From assembly GCA_951406725.2 (NCBI GenBank), contig OX597819.1, positions 125,178,001 to 125,242,000 of the forward strand: a stretch of 64,000 nt of DNA. Direction: 5' to 3'. The DNA comes from Octopus vulgaris. Its lineage: Eukaryota. Made by a program: the position numbers and the translations under genes. The notes under the pieces are model-generated. The model was not told the DNA's origin. It did not search any database and saw nothing but the letters and a program-made list of their open reading frames with translations. Of this stretch, positions 52,638-64,000 are shown piece by piece (the stretch's first letter is position 1; each line of letters opens with the position of its first letter).

Positions 52638-53040
52638 GTAAGAAGAATATTTGTTGCTTGAGTTTTATTTATTTCCATTTTTTGCCTTAACTTTTATACT
52701 AGAACATGTATATTTTAACACCCCCTCACTGTATCATGTATGGATTCAAGGGGTTTGGATCTGCAGACACACACATTTATCATCCCTATGCAAATGTTAT
52801 TATTATCTAACATATATATTTTTGATTTTCACAAGTTAAATGGCTAATAGTGGATCTCTCACTTAAAATCCTCTGCCCCATCTGCAATTATATATTATGG
52901 ATAATTATCCATGCATTTGTTTTCAACATGTGCATGCATTTATGGATATTGTCTCATCTTTTGGAGTACGGATAGCCAAGACAATAGATAACCAAAGAAC
53001 AAAGTGAGATAGTGGGTATTAGTTCAAATTTTGTCACTAG

Positions 53041-53402
53041 CATCATAATCATCATCATCATTTAATGTCTGCTTTCCATGCTAGCATGGGTTGGATGATT
53101 TGACTGAGGTCTGGCAAACCAGACTCCAATCTGATCTGGCAGACATTCTACAGCTGGATGCCCTTCCTAACGCCAACCACTCTGAGAGTGTAGTGGGTGC
53201 TTTTATGTGCCACCGGCACGAGGGCCAGTTTGGTGGTACTGGCAATGGCCACGCCCAAATGGTGCTTTTTATGTGCCACCTGCACAGGAGCCAGTCCAGC
53301 GGCACTGGTGACAACCTCACTCAAATGTTTCACATGCCACCAGCACAAGTGCTAGTAAGGCGACGCGGTAGTGATCACACTCGAATGGTGTGTTTAACGT
53401 TC
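53041..53402 (-). mobile_element. Family A element
   Basis: Core, tail, units. Confidence 0.9.
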
Positions 53403-53744
53403 CATTAATTCACATATGACCATTCCACATAAATGTGAATATGTATCACAGATTAAGAAGCTTAATACTATAGGAAATGGTAACATTATCTTTCAACAGC
53501 TTTTAGACTAGCTTATTATTTATTCAAACCGCTTCTTCCCATTTGGAAATAAGGATTTGATGATTCATCACCATTCAGAACAGATTTCAGCTGCTCTTTA
53601 TACCTTAGACCTCATAAGATTTCTTTCTTTCATCCAACCTTTAACTGGTCTATGCATAATTAAAAAAAAAAACTTGCTTTTGCAACACATTGAGCTATAT
53701 ATCATAGCACATCAGTGTACCATTGCATACTTTAGAACCCACAA

Positions 53745-54396
53745 AACCATAACCTCGTGGCCTGTGCTAGAGGTGTAACCAGCCCACTTGTGCGTACCTT
53801 TTCCTTCTTTGGACACTAAACTCTGCTTGCGAAGACCTGTTGAGGCAAGTGAGATCAAAATCAAAATCAAAGTGAAATTCAATAACGGGCACGAGCACCA
53901 TACGAGCATGATCGTTGACAGAGCGGCTAACAGGCTTCTGTGCCAGTGGAACATAAAAGGCACCATTCGAGTGTGATCATTACCAGCTTCGCCTTACTGG
54001 CACTTGTGCCCCGTGCTAGTAGGGTGCTAAGAGCACCATCTGAACGTGATCGTTGCCAGAGCGGCTAACTGGCTTCCATGCCAGTGGCATGTAGGAGGCA
54101 CCATTCGAGCGTGATCGTTACCAGCATTGCCTTACTGGCACCTGTGCTGGTGGCATGTGTAAAAAGATTCAAGTGAGGTCATTGCCAGTACCGCCTGACT
54201 GGCCCCGTGCTGGTGGCACGTAAAAAGAACCCGCTACACTCTCGGAATGGTTGGCATTAGGAAGGGCATCCAGCTGTAGAAACTCTGCCAGATCAAGATT
54301 GGAGCGTGGTGCAGCCATCTGGTTCGCCAGCCCTCAGTCAAAATTGTCCAACCCATGCCAGCATGGAAAGCGGACGTTAAACGATGATGATGATGA
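53745..54396 (+). mobile_element. Family A element, longest 5' extension in the window
   Basis: Leader GACCTGTTGAGGCAAGT..ATCAAAATC resembles the one at 32715; units, core, tail. 5' boundary uncertain. Confidence 0.85.
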
Positions 54397-54871
54397 AGAC
54401 TAGCATCACCAATTGTTTTCCCTTCCTTGCTGTTAGATGCAGATACTATTTCTGCTAACAGGCAATGTTTGCTGAATGATAAGAAGAAGACTAATCCACA
54501 ACATCATATCCACAGCATCTTGTCATAAATGATGATGTGGATTGTTCAATTATGATGTAGGACATTTAAAAAAAAAATACTTTGATGTGTGTGTTACATC
54601 ATGTCTTTGCTGTAACTTATATTTTCCTTCAAATTACCAACTTTTATCTTCATCTTGAGGAAGAGGTCCTTCTTAACTTACCAAAATGCTTATCATGCTA
54701 AATTTATCTTGCCTGCCTTCTACTAAGTTCTTTACTAAGCCTTAGTACGTACCTGATTAAAAGTATAAGATTGGCATAATTGACTGAAACTCTTTAAAAT
54801 GGTTCCCCAACATAGCTGCAGTCCGTTGGCTTCCTCCATTTAATATTTATCTTACATGTACATACACAGAG

Positions 54872-55165
54872 ACTCTCTCACTCTCTCTTCTTCTCTCTCT
54901 TTCTCTCTCTCTCTCTTTTCTCTCTCACTCTCTCTTTTCTCTCTCACTCTCTCTCTTCTCCCACTCTCTCTCTCTCTTCTCTCTCTTTCTCTCTCTTTAC
55001 TCGCTCTCTCCTCTCTCTTCCTCTCTTTTTTCTCTCTCTCCTCTCTCTCTTTCTTTCTCTTCTCTCTCTTTTCTCTTCTCTCTCTCTCTTCTCTCTCTCT
55101 TCTCTCTCCCTCTATCTCTCTCTCTTTCTTTCTCTCTCTCTCTTTCTTTCTCCCCCCTCTCTCTC
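54872..55165 (+). repeat. (CT)n-rich polypyrimidine tract
   Basis: Direct reading. Confidence 0.95.
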
Positions 55166-55232
55166 ACATACACACATGCAATGCAACAAGCATCTTTGAA
55201 TTAAATCCTCTTAATATTTTTTTAATTTTTAG

Positions 55233-55349
55233 ATTGAGGTGTTGCAGTCTCCTGATGTCTTACAGTCCTACATTGGTGTAGACCAACTACCAAGTGCTTT
55301 TGACGGTCAGTTGGAGTACCACCATGACAGCTGGCTTCGATTTCGTCGA
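55233..55349 (+). CDS. Internal coding exon, C-terminal end of Sec14/CRAL-TRIO domain
   Basis: tttttAG acceptor, GTAAGT donor. 117 nt, phase 0-0. Encodes IEVLQSPDVLQSYIGVDQLPSAFDGQLEYHHDSWLRFRR, matching the L..YI..DQLP..(F/L)(D/G)G.L.Y.H..W..FR signature of Sec14-type RhoGEFs. Confidence 0.88.
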
Positions 55350-55740
55350 GTAAGTCTGTTTAATGTTGATATAAAAATACATTTCAAACTGAAATATACA
55401 CCCATGCATATGCACATCTGTCTATATAATATTTAATATTTAAGTTCAAAATATCACTTAAACTAGATGCAAAAAAGGCTTAATCAATAAGATAATGAAT
55501 AGGTTTGAGAGTTGGTGTTTTATTTGTTTTGCTGGGACATTTAATTCTGCTTGCACCAGTGCACCATGAGTTAAACAAATACACAACGGATATTTTATTT
55601 TGAGAATGTTACCAGTGGCAGACTCTAAATTCTATCTCTGATAGGATGTTGTCTTTGATTCATTTAATGCTTCTGAATATGGAACTAAACATTTACATGA
55701 TAAGCTCTTGTAACTTGTGAAGGTTTTTTTATTATCTACC

Positions 55741-56120
55741 ATCATCATCATCGTTTTACGTCCGCTTTCCATGCTAGCATGGGTTGGATGGTTTGACTGA
55801 GGGCTGGCGAACCAGATGGCTGCACCAGGTTTCAATCTTGATCTGGCAGTGTTTCTACAGCTGGATGCCCTTCCTAATGCCAACCACTCTGAGAATGTAG
55901 TGGATGCTTTTACGTGCCACTGGCACGGGGGCCAGTCAGGTGGTATTGGAAACGACCTCGCTCGAATCTTTTTACACATGCCACCGGCACAAGTGCCAGT
56001 AAGGCAATGCTGGTAATGATCACCCTCAGATGGTGTCTTTTACGTGCCACCAGCATGGAGGCCAGATAGTTGCTCTGGCAACGATCACACTCGGATTGTG
56101 CTCTTGGCACCCTACTAGCA
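55741..56120 (-). mobile_element. Family A element
   Basis: Core, tail, units. Confidence 0.9.
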
Positions 56121-56639
56121 TTGCAGGTAATGTAGAGTTAGGCTACATTGTAATATAAGGTGTGAAACAAAATACTTATTAGCACTTTCCTTTGATTATC
56201 TTTTTCATTATTTAATTAGTACCCTTATTTTAAACTTTTGAACGTTTATTCTAAATTTCCAAACTCTTTGCTTTTAACAATTGAAAATTTGTAAATATAA
56301 ATGTCTCTTAAGCTCAAGTGTTTTCGAGGACTAGTACTTAGCTACTAAGTGCTGGCTTTTTTATGTTAAGTGAATAAGAGATACTTTTATCTTCTAATAA
56401 GAACTCTCTTCTATCTCTAAAATCATTTCATAAGTGTCTCGTATTCTGTGCCCATGCAGTGAAGAAGTTTGTTTCATAATATGTTTCTAGATTTGATTTG
56501 AGTGTACAACTTAGAGACATCTTGCTCCATAACCATATCTCATGTAGATTACATTGACTGAAGAAAGTAAGGAAATGTATCTTGCCTAAGAATACTTAAG
56601 TTTAAATTGTTGGGGTTTTTTTTTCAACTATTATAAGTT

Positions 56640-57027
56640 GAGTGGCTGTGTGGTAAGTAGCTTGCTAACCAACCACATGGTTCCGGGTTCAGTCCTACTG
56701 TGTGGCATCTTGGGCAAGTGTCTTCTGCTATAGCCCCGGGCCGACCAATGCCTTGTGAGTGGATTTGGTAGGCGGAAACTGAAAGAAGCCTGTCATATAT
56801 ATGTATATATGTGTGTGTGTGTGTGTTTGTGTTTGTCCGCCTAGCATTGCTTGACAACCAATGCTGGTGTGTTTATGTCCCCGTCACTTAGCGGTTTGGC
56901 CAAAGAGACCAATAGAATAAGTACTGGGCTTACAAAGAATAAGTCCCGGGGTCGATTTGCTCGACTAAAGGCGGTGCTCCAGCATGGCCGCAGTCAAATG
57001 ACTGAAGCAAGTAAATGAGTAATGAGT
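56640..57027 (+). mobile_element. SINE family B
   Basis: Full length. Confidence 0.9.
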
Positions 57028-57098
57028 TATCATTAACTTTTTATTCACTGTGCTTCAGTTTATTCACAAATAGATCTCTTTCTGATAGTCATTTATCT

Positions 57099-57327
57099 TC
57101 AACCCTTTCGTTACCAATCCGGCTGAAACCGGCTCTGGCTCTGTAGTACAAAGGTCTTGTTTTCATAAGTTTTGAATTAAAATCTTCCACCAAACTTTAA
57201 TCACAATTTATGTTCCTAACACTAGCTGAACGATAACTATGTTATTTTACTAAATTCTTTGTTATAGTTAAAGTAATTGAAAGAAACACAGAGCACCTCA
57301 AAATAAATACAGTAACACAAGGGTTAA
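57099..57327. mobile_element. piggyBac-type MITE
   Basis: Same family of about 225 bp. Confidence 0.85.
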
Positions 57328-57681
57328 AAGTGTTGTTGCTTTTATTTATAATTTAAGTAGATTGGTAGTTGTTTAAAGAACATAATGTGAAAATTATTCA
57401 TTGGTTATGATTTTTAAAATAAAGACACTATCTGTGTATCAGACTTAACATATATATATATATGCTTTCGAAAGGCATGATGCTGTTGTTTTTGTCTGAA
57501 AGAAAAAAACAACAGCATCTATGTTGTGGCTGAATCATGCATAGTACAGAGTAGCTATCAGTCAATTTCTTGGTAAATAACAAACTTTGATTTAATGTGT
57601 TGCAACCATTTTCATTTGTATATGTGAAAATTATTCACCCAACCATCTTAAATAAAAAAAAAAAATGATACACTGATATAT

Positions 57682-58161
57682 ATCATCATCATCGTTTAAC
57701 GTCTGTTTTCCGCGCTAGCACGGGTTGGACGGTTCGACCGGGGTCTGGGAAGCCAGGGGCTGCACCAGGCTCCAGTCTGATCTGGCAGAGTTTCTACAGC
57801 TGGATGCCCTTCCTAATGCCAACCACTCCGCGAGTGTAGTAGGTGCTTTTTACGTGTCACCTGCACAGGTGCCAGGGGCTCCAGCATCGGCCACGATAGG
57901 TTGGAGCTATTAACGTGCCACCGGCACGGAAGCCAGCCAAGCAGCGCTGGCAACGGCCACATTCGGATGGTGCTTTTTATGTGCCACCGGCACTGGAGCC
58001 AGTCGAGGCAGCGCTGGCATCGGCCACGTTCGGACGGTGCTTTTTATGTGCTACCGGCACAGAAGCCAGTCGGGCGGCGCTGGCATCGGCCACGTTCGGA
58101 TGGTGCTTTTTATGTGCTACCGGCACAGAAGCCAGTCGAGGTGGCGCTGGCAACGGCCACA
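57682..58161 (-). mobile_element. Family A element with about 5 units
   Basis: Core, tail, units. Confidence 0.9.
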
Positions 58162-58380
58162 GTTCATTATTGAAAGCCTTTGGCCAGAATTTTATTCAGT
58201 CAAAGCTGACACAAAGCTGTACAACAACAACAACATTTGGTTCATGACTGTAATAAACTTAACAGGAAGTTCTATGTCGGTTTAATTGACTTGATGGAAG
58301 TATTAGTTGTATCAAAGACTGTGTGTATGTAGGTGGTCATCTGGTGTGTCTGTTTACAGCCCACCATACATCTGTTGGTT

Positions 58381-58588
58381 TTAACCCTTTTGATACCAAC
58401 CCCTTGAGAGACTGCTCTGGATTTGCAATACAAATTTCATGATTTGAAGTGATCTAAATTAAAATCCTTCATTAAAAATTCCGTTTTATGTTCCAAACAC
58501 CACTTCATTAATAAAAAGGTAATTTCAAAATTTTTTTTTGAAACAAACACAATGTATTTCAACAGGAATATGGTAATTAAATGGTTAA
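58381..58588. mobile_element. Diverged piggyBac-type MITE
   Basis: TTAACCCTTT start; homologous body. Confidence 0.65.
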
Positions 58589-58809
58589 ACAGTAAAATCT
58601 TGGGAAAACGGTGATGATCTGCATAATAATGTGAAAATATAGTGGGCATCATGTGCTAATGTGTCTGTCACTTGTCATTATATAACTTGGAATTGGTATT
58701 TGTAGACAATAGCAAAAATCTGTTCAATTAGCATCAAAACATCCATTGATTAACATGATTTGTTCAATAAAACTGTAATCTGTGTATCATTATTGTCATC
58801 ATCATCAAC

Positions 58810-59143
58810 ATCAGTTGTGATACCAGTGCCGGTGGTACATAAAAGAACCATCCGAACGTGGCCGTTGCCAGCGCCGCCTCGACTGGCCTCCGTGCCGGTG
58901 GCATGTAAAAAGCACCAACCGATCGTGGCCACTGCCTGTCTCCCCTGGCACCTGTGCTGGTGGCACGTAAAAAGCACCCACTACACTCACAGAGTGGTTG
59001 GCATTAGGAAGGGCATCCAGCTGTAGAAACACTGCCAGATCAGACTGGGCCTGGTGAAGTCTTCTGGCTTCCCAAACCCCAGTCGAACTGTCCAACCCAT
59101 GCTAACATGGAAAGTGGATATTAAACGATGATGATGATGATGA
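58810..59143 (+). mobile_element. Family A element
   Basis: Core and tail. Confidence 0.9.
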
Positions 59144-59346
59144 TTATCTTGCTGGCATGAGCTGGATAGATTGTCACAGTTCGAGTCACTTCTTATTTGG
59201 AGCTATTGCTTTCATAAACAGGTTTGAGGGCCATCTCTTGCTCTTGCGTTTCATTTCTGGTTTCATTTCTATGGCTGGATGCCCTTTCTATCACAAACTA
59301 CAGCAAAACCATAAAAAGTAACATATTTTGATTAAAAAAATATATA

Positions 59347-59504
59347 CCTATTTCTTTATTACTCACAAGGGGCTAAACATAGAGGGGACAAACAAGGACA
59401 GACATAGGTATTAAGTCGATTACATCGACCCCAGTGTGTAACTGGTACTTAATTTATCGACCCCGAAAGGATGAAAGGCAAAGTCAACCTCAGCGGAATT
59501 TGAA
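59347..59504 (-). mobile_element. SINE family C, 5' truncated
   Basis: Central domain and tail. Confidence 0.85.
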
Positions 59505-59554
59505 TGTTTTGGACATATTAAATCATGTTAATGAATAAGATACTATGTTATTAT

Positions 59555-59839
59555 CACGTGACCAACCAGACCATCAGATGTTGTTACACATCGCTGGTCA
59601 CAATGCGTTCGCATTGTTTTAGCCTTTGAATGACACCACCCCGCTGGCTAAACGAGCAGGCCAACAGAAGAAAGAGTGGTGAAAGAGTACAGCAGGGATC
59701 ACCACCCCCTGCCGGAGCCTCGTGGAGCTTTTAGGTGTTTTCGCTCAATAAACACACACAACTCCCGGTCTGGGAATCGAAACCGCGATCCTCCAACCAC
59801 AAGTCCGCTGCCCTAACCACTAGGCCATTGCGCCTCCAC
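59555..59839 (-). mobile_element. SINE family D, tail type 2, with TSD
   Basis: A box TGGCCTAGTGG, B box GTTTCGATTCC; 12 bp TSD CTATGTTATTAT (59543, 59840). Confidence 0.88.
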
Positions 59840-60593
59840 CTATGTTATTATATAATGGAAAAATAGATACAGTCTTTAGAATACACCTATCAATATATAT
59901 TTGTGTATACACATGGGAATATATATGTACTCACATATATAAGCATTAATATATAAATCTAAAATATGCAAATACTCATAGCAGCTATAAACATTTACAG
60001 ATCCTTACAAACAAATGTTTAGGTGATTAAAAGGGTTGGTGATAGAAAGGGCATCCAACCATAAGGCACTGCTTTAAAAAAAAATCACTTTCCAATACAT
60101 GCCTGCATGGAAAATGGATATATATATAGAGAGAGATTTATATATATAAATGGTTGTGTATACATTTAGTTGTGTGCATCTTTTTTTTATGATTGTTTAT
60201 AAATATTTTGATTCCCACATAAATCAGTCTTTCAGATCAAATAATTCAATTGCTACTCTCTTTCTACTCTGATCAATATCTAACTTGTCTTAGAGTAATA
60301 GAATTGGCACTGACCATAAAAAAATGCTGGTTTAGATGGTTTTTATATCTAAATTGAAATTTTGCCCAAGTCAGTTTTATATTTTCTTTTTTTCCAAGGT
60401 TTGTAAACATTTTTATCAGAAATGTATTGTTGATTATTGATGATAATGTTTGTTATTGATTATTATGATGATAGCGATGGCTCTAAATACGGATGCCATG
60501 GTGTGTCTGACAGAGACTGCTAATGTACAAATCCATGTGGAACTTACCCTCTTAAACTTTTGCACTAGTTTTGCCGACAGTAATTTAGTTGCT

Positions 60594-60918
60594 CACCAGC
60601 ATCGCTGATCGTTACCAGCATCGCCTGATCATTACCAGCATCACCTTACTGGCACCCGCGCCGGTGGCATGTGTAAAAGATTCGAGTGAGGTCATTGCCA
60701 GTACCGCCTGACTGGCCTCCATGCAGGTGACACGTAAAAAGCACCCACTACACTCTCGGAGTGGTTGGCGTTAGGAAGGGCATCCAGCTGTAGAAACTCT
60801 GCCAGATCAAGATTGGAGCCTGGTGCAGCCAACTGGTTCGCCAGGCCTCAGTTACACGTCCAACCCATGCTAGCATGGAAATCGGACGTTAAACGATGAT
60901 GATGATGATGATGATGAT
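60594..60918 (+). mobile_element. Family A element
   Basis: Core and tail. Confidence 0.9.
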
Positions 60919-61271
60919 CAATTACTGCAAAATTCACTTTCTTACAATGTCCTCATTGTCAGTTGGATTAAAGGGAAGAGATTTGGTAAACCACTGAAAT
61001 CACCTCACTCTATCACATTAACAATTCTTGCATGTAAACAAAAACTGTTATTGACTTTATCGTCAGTAATTAAAAACATACAAGACTCGTCAATTTTTTT
61101 TTGTTTTTGATTTTTGTAGCTATGACTGCTTCGTTATTATTTAATAATATTAAATCATATTCAGCGTTTAGATGAAAAAGAAAATCAAAATTAGTACAAC
61201 TCACTCTTCCTTCCTTCTATTTTCCTGTGTCTATCAATCTCAGCCTTTCTGTATCCACCTTGTGTTTGTGC

Positions 61272-61308
<37 letters not shown>

Positions 61309-62941
61309 GATAGATTGATAGGTGTACATATATGATATATAACACAAACATCCACGCACAGAGATATATACATATATGTATATATAGATTGATATACATA
61401 TATAAGATATATAATTCATACATGCATATATATATATATATGTGTATGTGTATGTATATATATATATAGAAGAGAGAGAGAGAAAGAGGGTAGAGAGAGA
61501 GAGATTAAGAGAAAGAGAGATTAATGCTTACAGAAAATCTTAACATTTGCTTTTGATATAATGACATTTTATTATATACAACCTTCAAATCCTTGTTGAC
61601 TCGTTAAATGTCACTCATAGTCTTTCCAGTTTATTATATTTAATTTTATGATAGTAAGTTAGATTCTGATCTGAAAGTAGTTATTTGCAATGACTTACAG
61701 CATTGGTGTCTCTTGACCTCATTTACTTATTGACCCTGGGGAAATGAAAAACAAAGGGACTTTGACTATTCTATGTGTTGCTTTATAGAGTTGTGGCAGT
61801 GATTTCCCATTTTTACTACTCTGATATGTTATCTACAATCATCTGGTTTGGATTTATATTCTTACAGCATTGTTGTTTTAATGCTGCATAATTTCTCTGA
61901 TCTCCATAATGTCTTTAAAAATTTCATCCCAATTGTTTTGGTATATCATTAAAGGTAGCTAGTGTAACTTTTTTTATTTTATCTATTTTTATTTTTTTAC
62001 ATGTGTTAACCAGATATGAACAAGAAATTTATGACATTTTTCAGGGCTTCCAAGAAAGAAAGAAGATATTTATCTTTAGACAAAGACCTAACCTGAATGC
62101 TTGCGATAGACTGTAACTTACAACAATAGCATTTGAAGTTACTTAATTTCAGTTTCTTTATGTCACACCGAATGACAGGTAACTTTCTGAGAAGAGCCTG
62201 TCACCTACTTCTAAAAGAAAAAGCTAAAGAGAGACAGTGCAGAATTAAATTTTCTATATACAGACAAAATGAAATACCTACAACAAATATAACCCTTAAC
62301 TTATATGTTTGTAGACAAATACTATATCTTCTTAGTCATTCCATTTCCTCAAACAGTATGCAAAATCTTTTCAAATTTCTAAAAGCTAAATTTGAAAAGA
62401 TTTTTTCATTTTAATCAGGTTGATAAAATAAGTACCAGTAATCTGCTGTGGCTGATTGAACAACTCAGTTTCGTTCAGAGCTTCTTAAAGAAAATCAAAC
62501 AGGACAGGCCTGACTGTGTGGCTGAGATGTTCACTTTGCAATCACGTGGTATTAGGTGTGTGGGGAGCTTCTTGTCATATGTATGTGTGTATGCATCTTT
62601 GTGTTTGTTCCCAGACCTCCTTTTAACTGCCAGTGTCGGTTTGTTTACATCCTTGCAATTTAGTAGTTCAGCAAAAAGAGATTGGTAGCAAAAAGTACCA
62701 TACTCAAAATAAGTACTGGATTTAACTTATTTGACTAAACACTTCACAAATTGAAGATTCATTGATTTCTAACTTAGACACAAAAACCTCAGATATCAGA
62801 GGTTAGATTCAATTATATCAAACCCATTATTTGACTGGTACTTTATTATATTGTCTTTGGAAAGGTGAAAGACAGAGTTGACCTCAGCAAAATCACTTAG
62901 AATTATGCTTCTTGCTGCTCAATTCAACAGGTACCATGCTC

Positions 62942-63212
62942 TCATCATCATCATTTAACATCTGCTTTCCATGCTAGCATGGGTTGGACGATTTTGACTG
63001 AGGGCTGGCCAACCAGATGGCTGCACCAGGCTTCAATCTTGATCTGGCAGAGTTTCTACAGCTGGATGCCCTTCCTAATGTCAACCACTCCGAGAGTGTA
63101 GTGGGTGCTTTTTACGTGCCACCAGCACGGGGCCAGTCTGGCGGCACTGGCAACGACCTCGCTTGAATCTTCTACACATGCCACTGGCGCGGGTGCCAGT
63201 ATGGCAATGCTG
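62942..63212 (-). mobile_element. Family A element
   Basis: Core and tail. Confidence 0.9.
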
Positions 63213-63478
63213 TACCATAATGTACTGTCCTTGATAAAACTTTAAACTGCATCCAGTAGTGGGGAGTTGGTGTGGGAGTTCCTGGGCCTTGAGGAGTGTA
63301 GAACCACTTCTTAGTCACTATTGTTCCCAAGTCTTAACTAACATGTGCTTTTGAGGAGGTGGAGCACATCAGCATAAAAACCGGTCCATCTAGGAGAAGG
63401 AAACTCCAATATCAAACCATCACAGCCATGTGGAATGGTGCAAACAAGGCAGATTTCAATTATATCTGAGACAACCAG

Positions 63479-63705
63479 GGCGGCGAGCTGGCAGAAACGT
63501 TAGCATGCTGGGCGAAATGTGTAGCCATATTTCATCTGCCGTTACGTTCTGAGTTCAAATTCCGCCGAGGTTGACTTTGCCTTTCATCCTCTCGGGGTCG
63601 ATAAATTAAGTACCAGTTGCGCACTGGGGTCGATGTAATCGACTTAATCCATTCATCCTTGTTTGTCCTCTTTGTGTGTAGCTCCTTGTGGGTAGTAAAG
63701 AAATA
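63479..63705 (+). mobile_element. SINE family C with TSD
   Basis: 18 bp TSD TATATCTGAGACAACCAG (63461, 63706). Confidence 0.92.
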
Positions 63706-64000
63706 TATATCTGAGACAACCAGCAGCCCACTGCAACTACCCTAACCAACTCCAGTATGGCACCAATACTAGTGATGTCACTGCTGAAGGTGGGTGGCCA
63801 AGTGTGTGGCCCTTGTGGTTGCAACACATGGTCCATCCTCAACAGAATCATGCGAAGGCCATCTGTGGCTTGGGCAATGAGCATCTCTGCTTCCTGCTCC
63901 AAGTCCAGTAGCAATGGTTAAACTGGATGACGGGGAAGGGTTGATCAGCTGGAAACCCTTCAACCCTGATCCATGTGGTGCTTGAAGGTCATCCTGTCTA

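Noticed and set aside
59765-59839. tRNA gene
   Set aside because: tRNA-derived SINE head continuing into a SINE body with TSD; no proper cloverleaf or terminator. The same applies to the B and C heads.
62000-62200. Possible next exon of the Sec14 gene
   Set aside because: AG/GT candidates do not give a phase-0 peptide resembling the expected continuation.
63250-64000. Possible RTE 5' UTR (CTAGGAGAAGGAAACTCC..CAAACC) and a 102 aa ORF
   Set aside because: Resemblance is from memory and too weak; the ORF runs into a SINE.

Overview
AT-rich, repeat-dense eukaryotic (animal) DNA. The SINE/LINE complement resembles what I recall of coleoid cephalopod (octopus-like) genomes; this is inferred, not proven. 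The window is almost entirely intronic sequence of one + strand gene. Three short GT-AG exons (24430-24529, 52533-52637, 55233-55349) splice in frame into the C-terminal part of a Sec14/CRAL-TRIO domain of the type found in puratrophin-1/PLEKHG4B/Trio/SESTD1-family proteins. The rest is mobile DNA. About 30 copies of a (GAT)n-tailed retroelement with internal hairpin tandem units (family A) are present, plus tRNA-headed SINEs (my labels B, C, D and an older chimeric type E). There are also CR1-group, RTE and R4-like LINE fragments, a Gypsy integrase fragment, Tc1/mariner relics, piggyBac-type and palindromic MITEs, Helitron/Helentron-like pieces and long microsatellites. The most notable unannotated signals are: four candidate minimal type I hammerhead ribozymes (Penelope-like element type); a covarying stem-loop tail shared by SINE B and a CR1-group LINE; compensatory-mutated hairpins in the family A tandem units; and a fixed self-complementary dimer junction in SINE C. 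Nearly all ORFs in the supplied track are spurious readings of repeats. Repeat boundaries were read by eye and are approximate.
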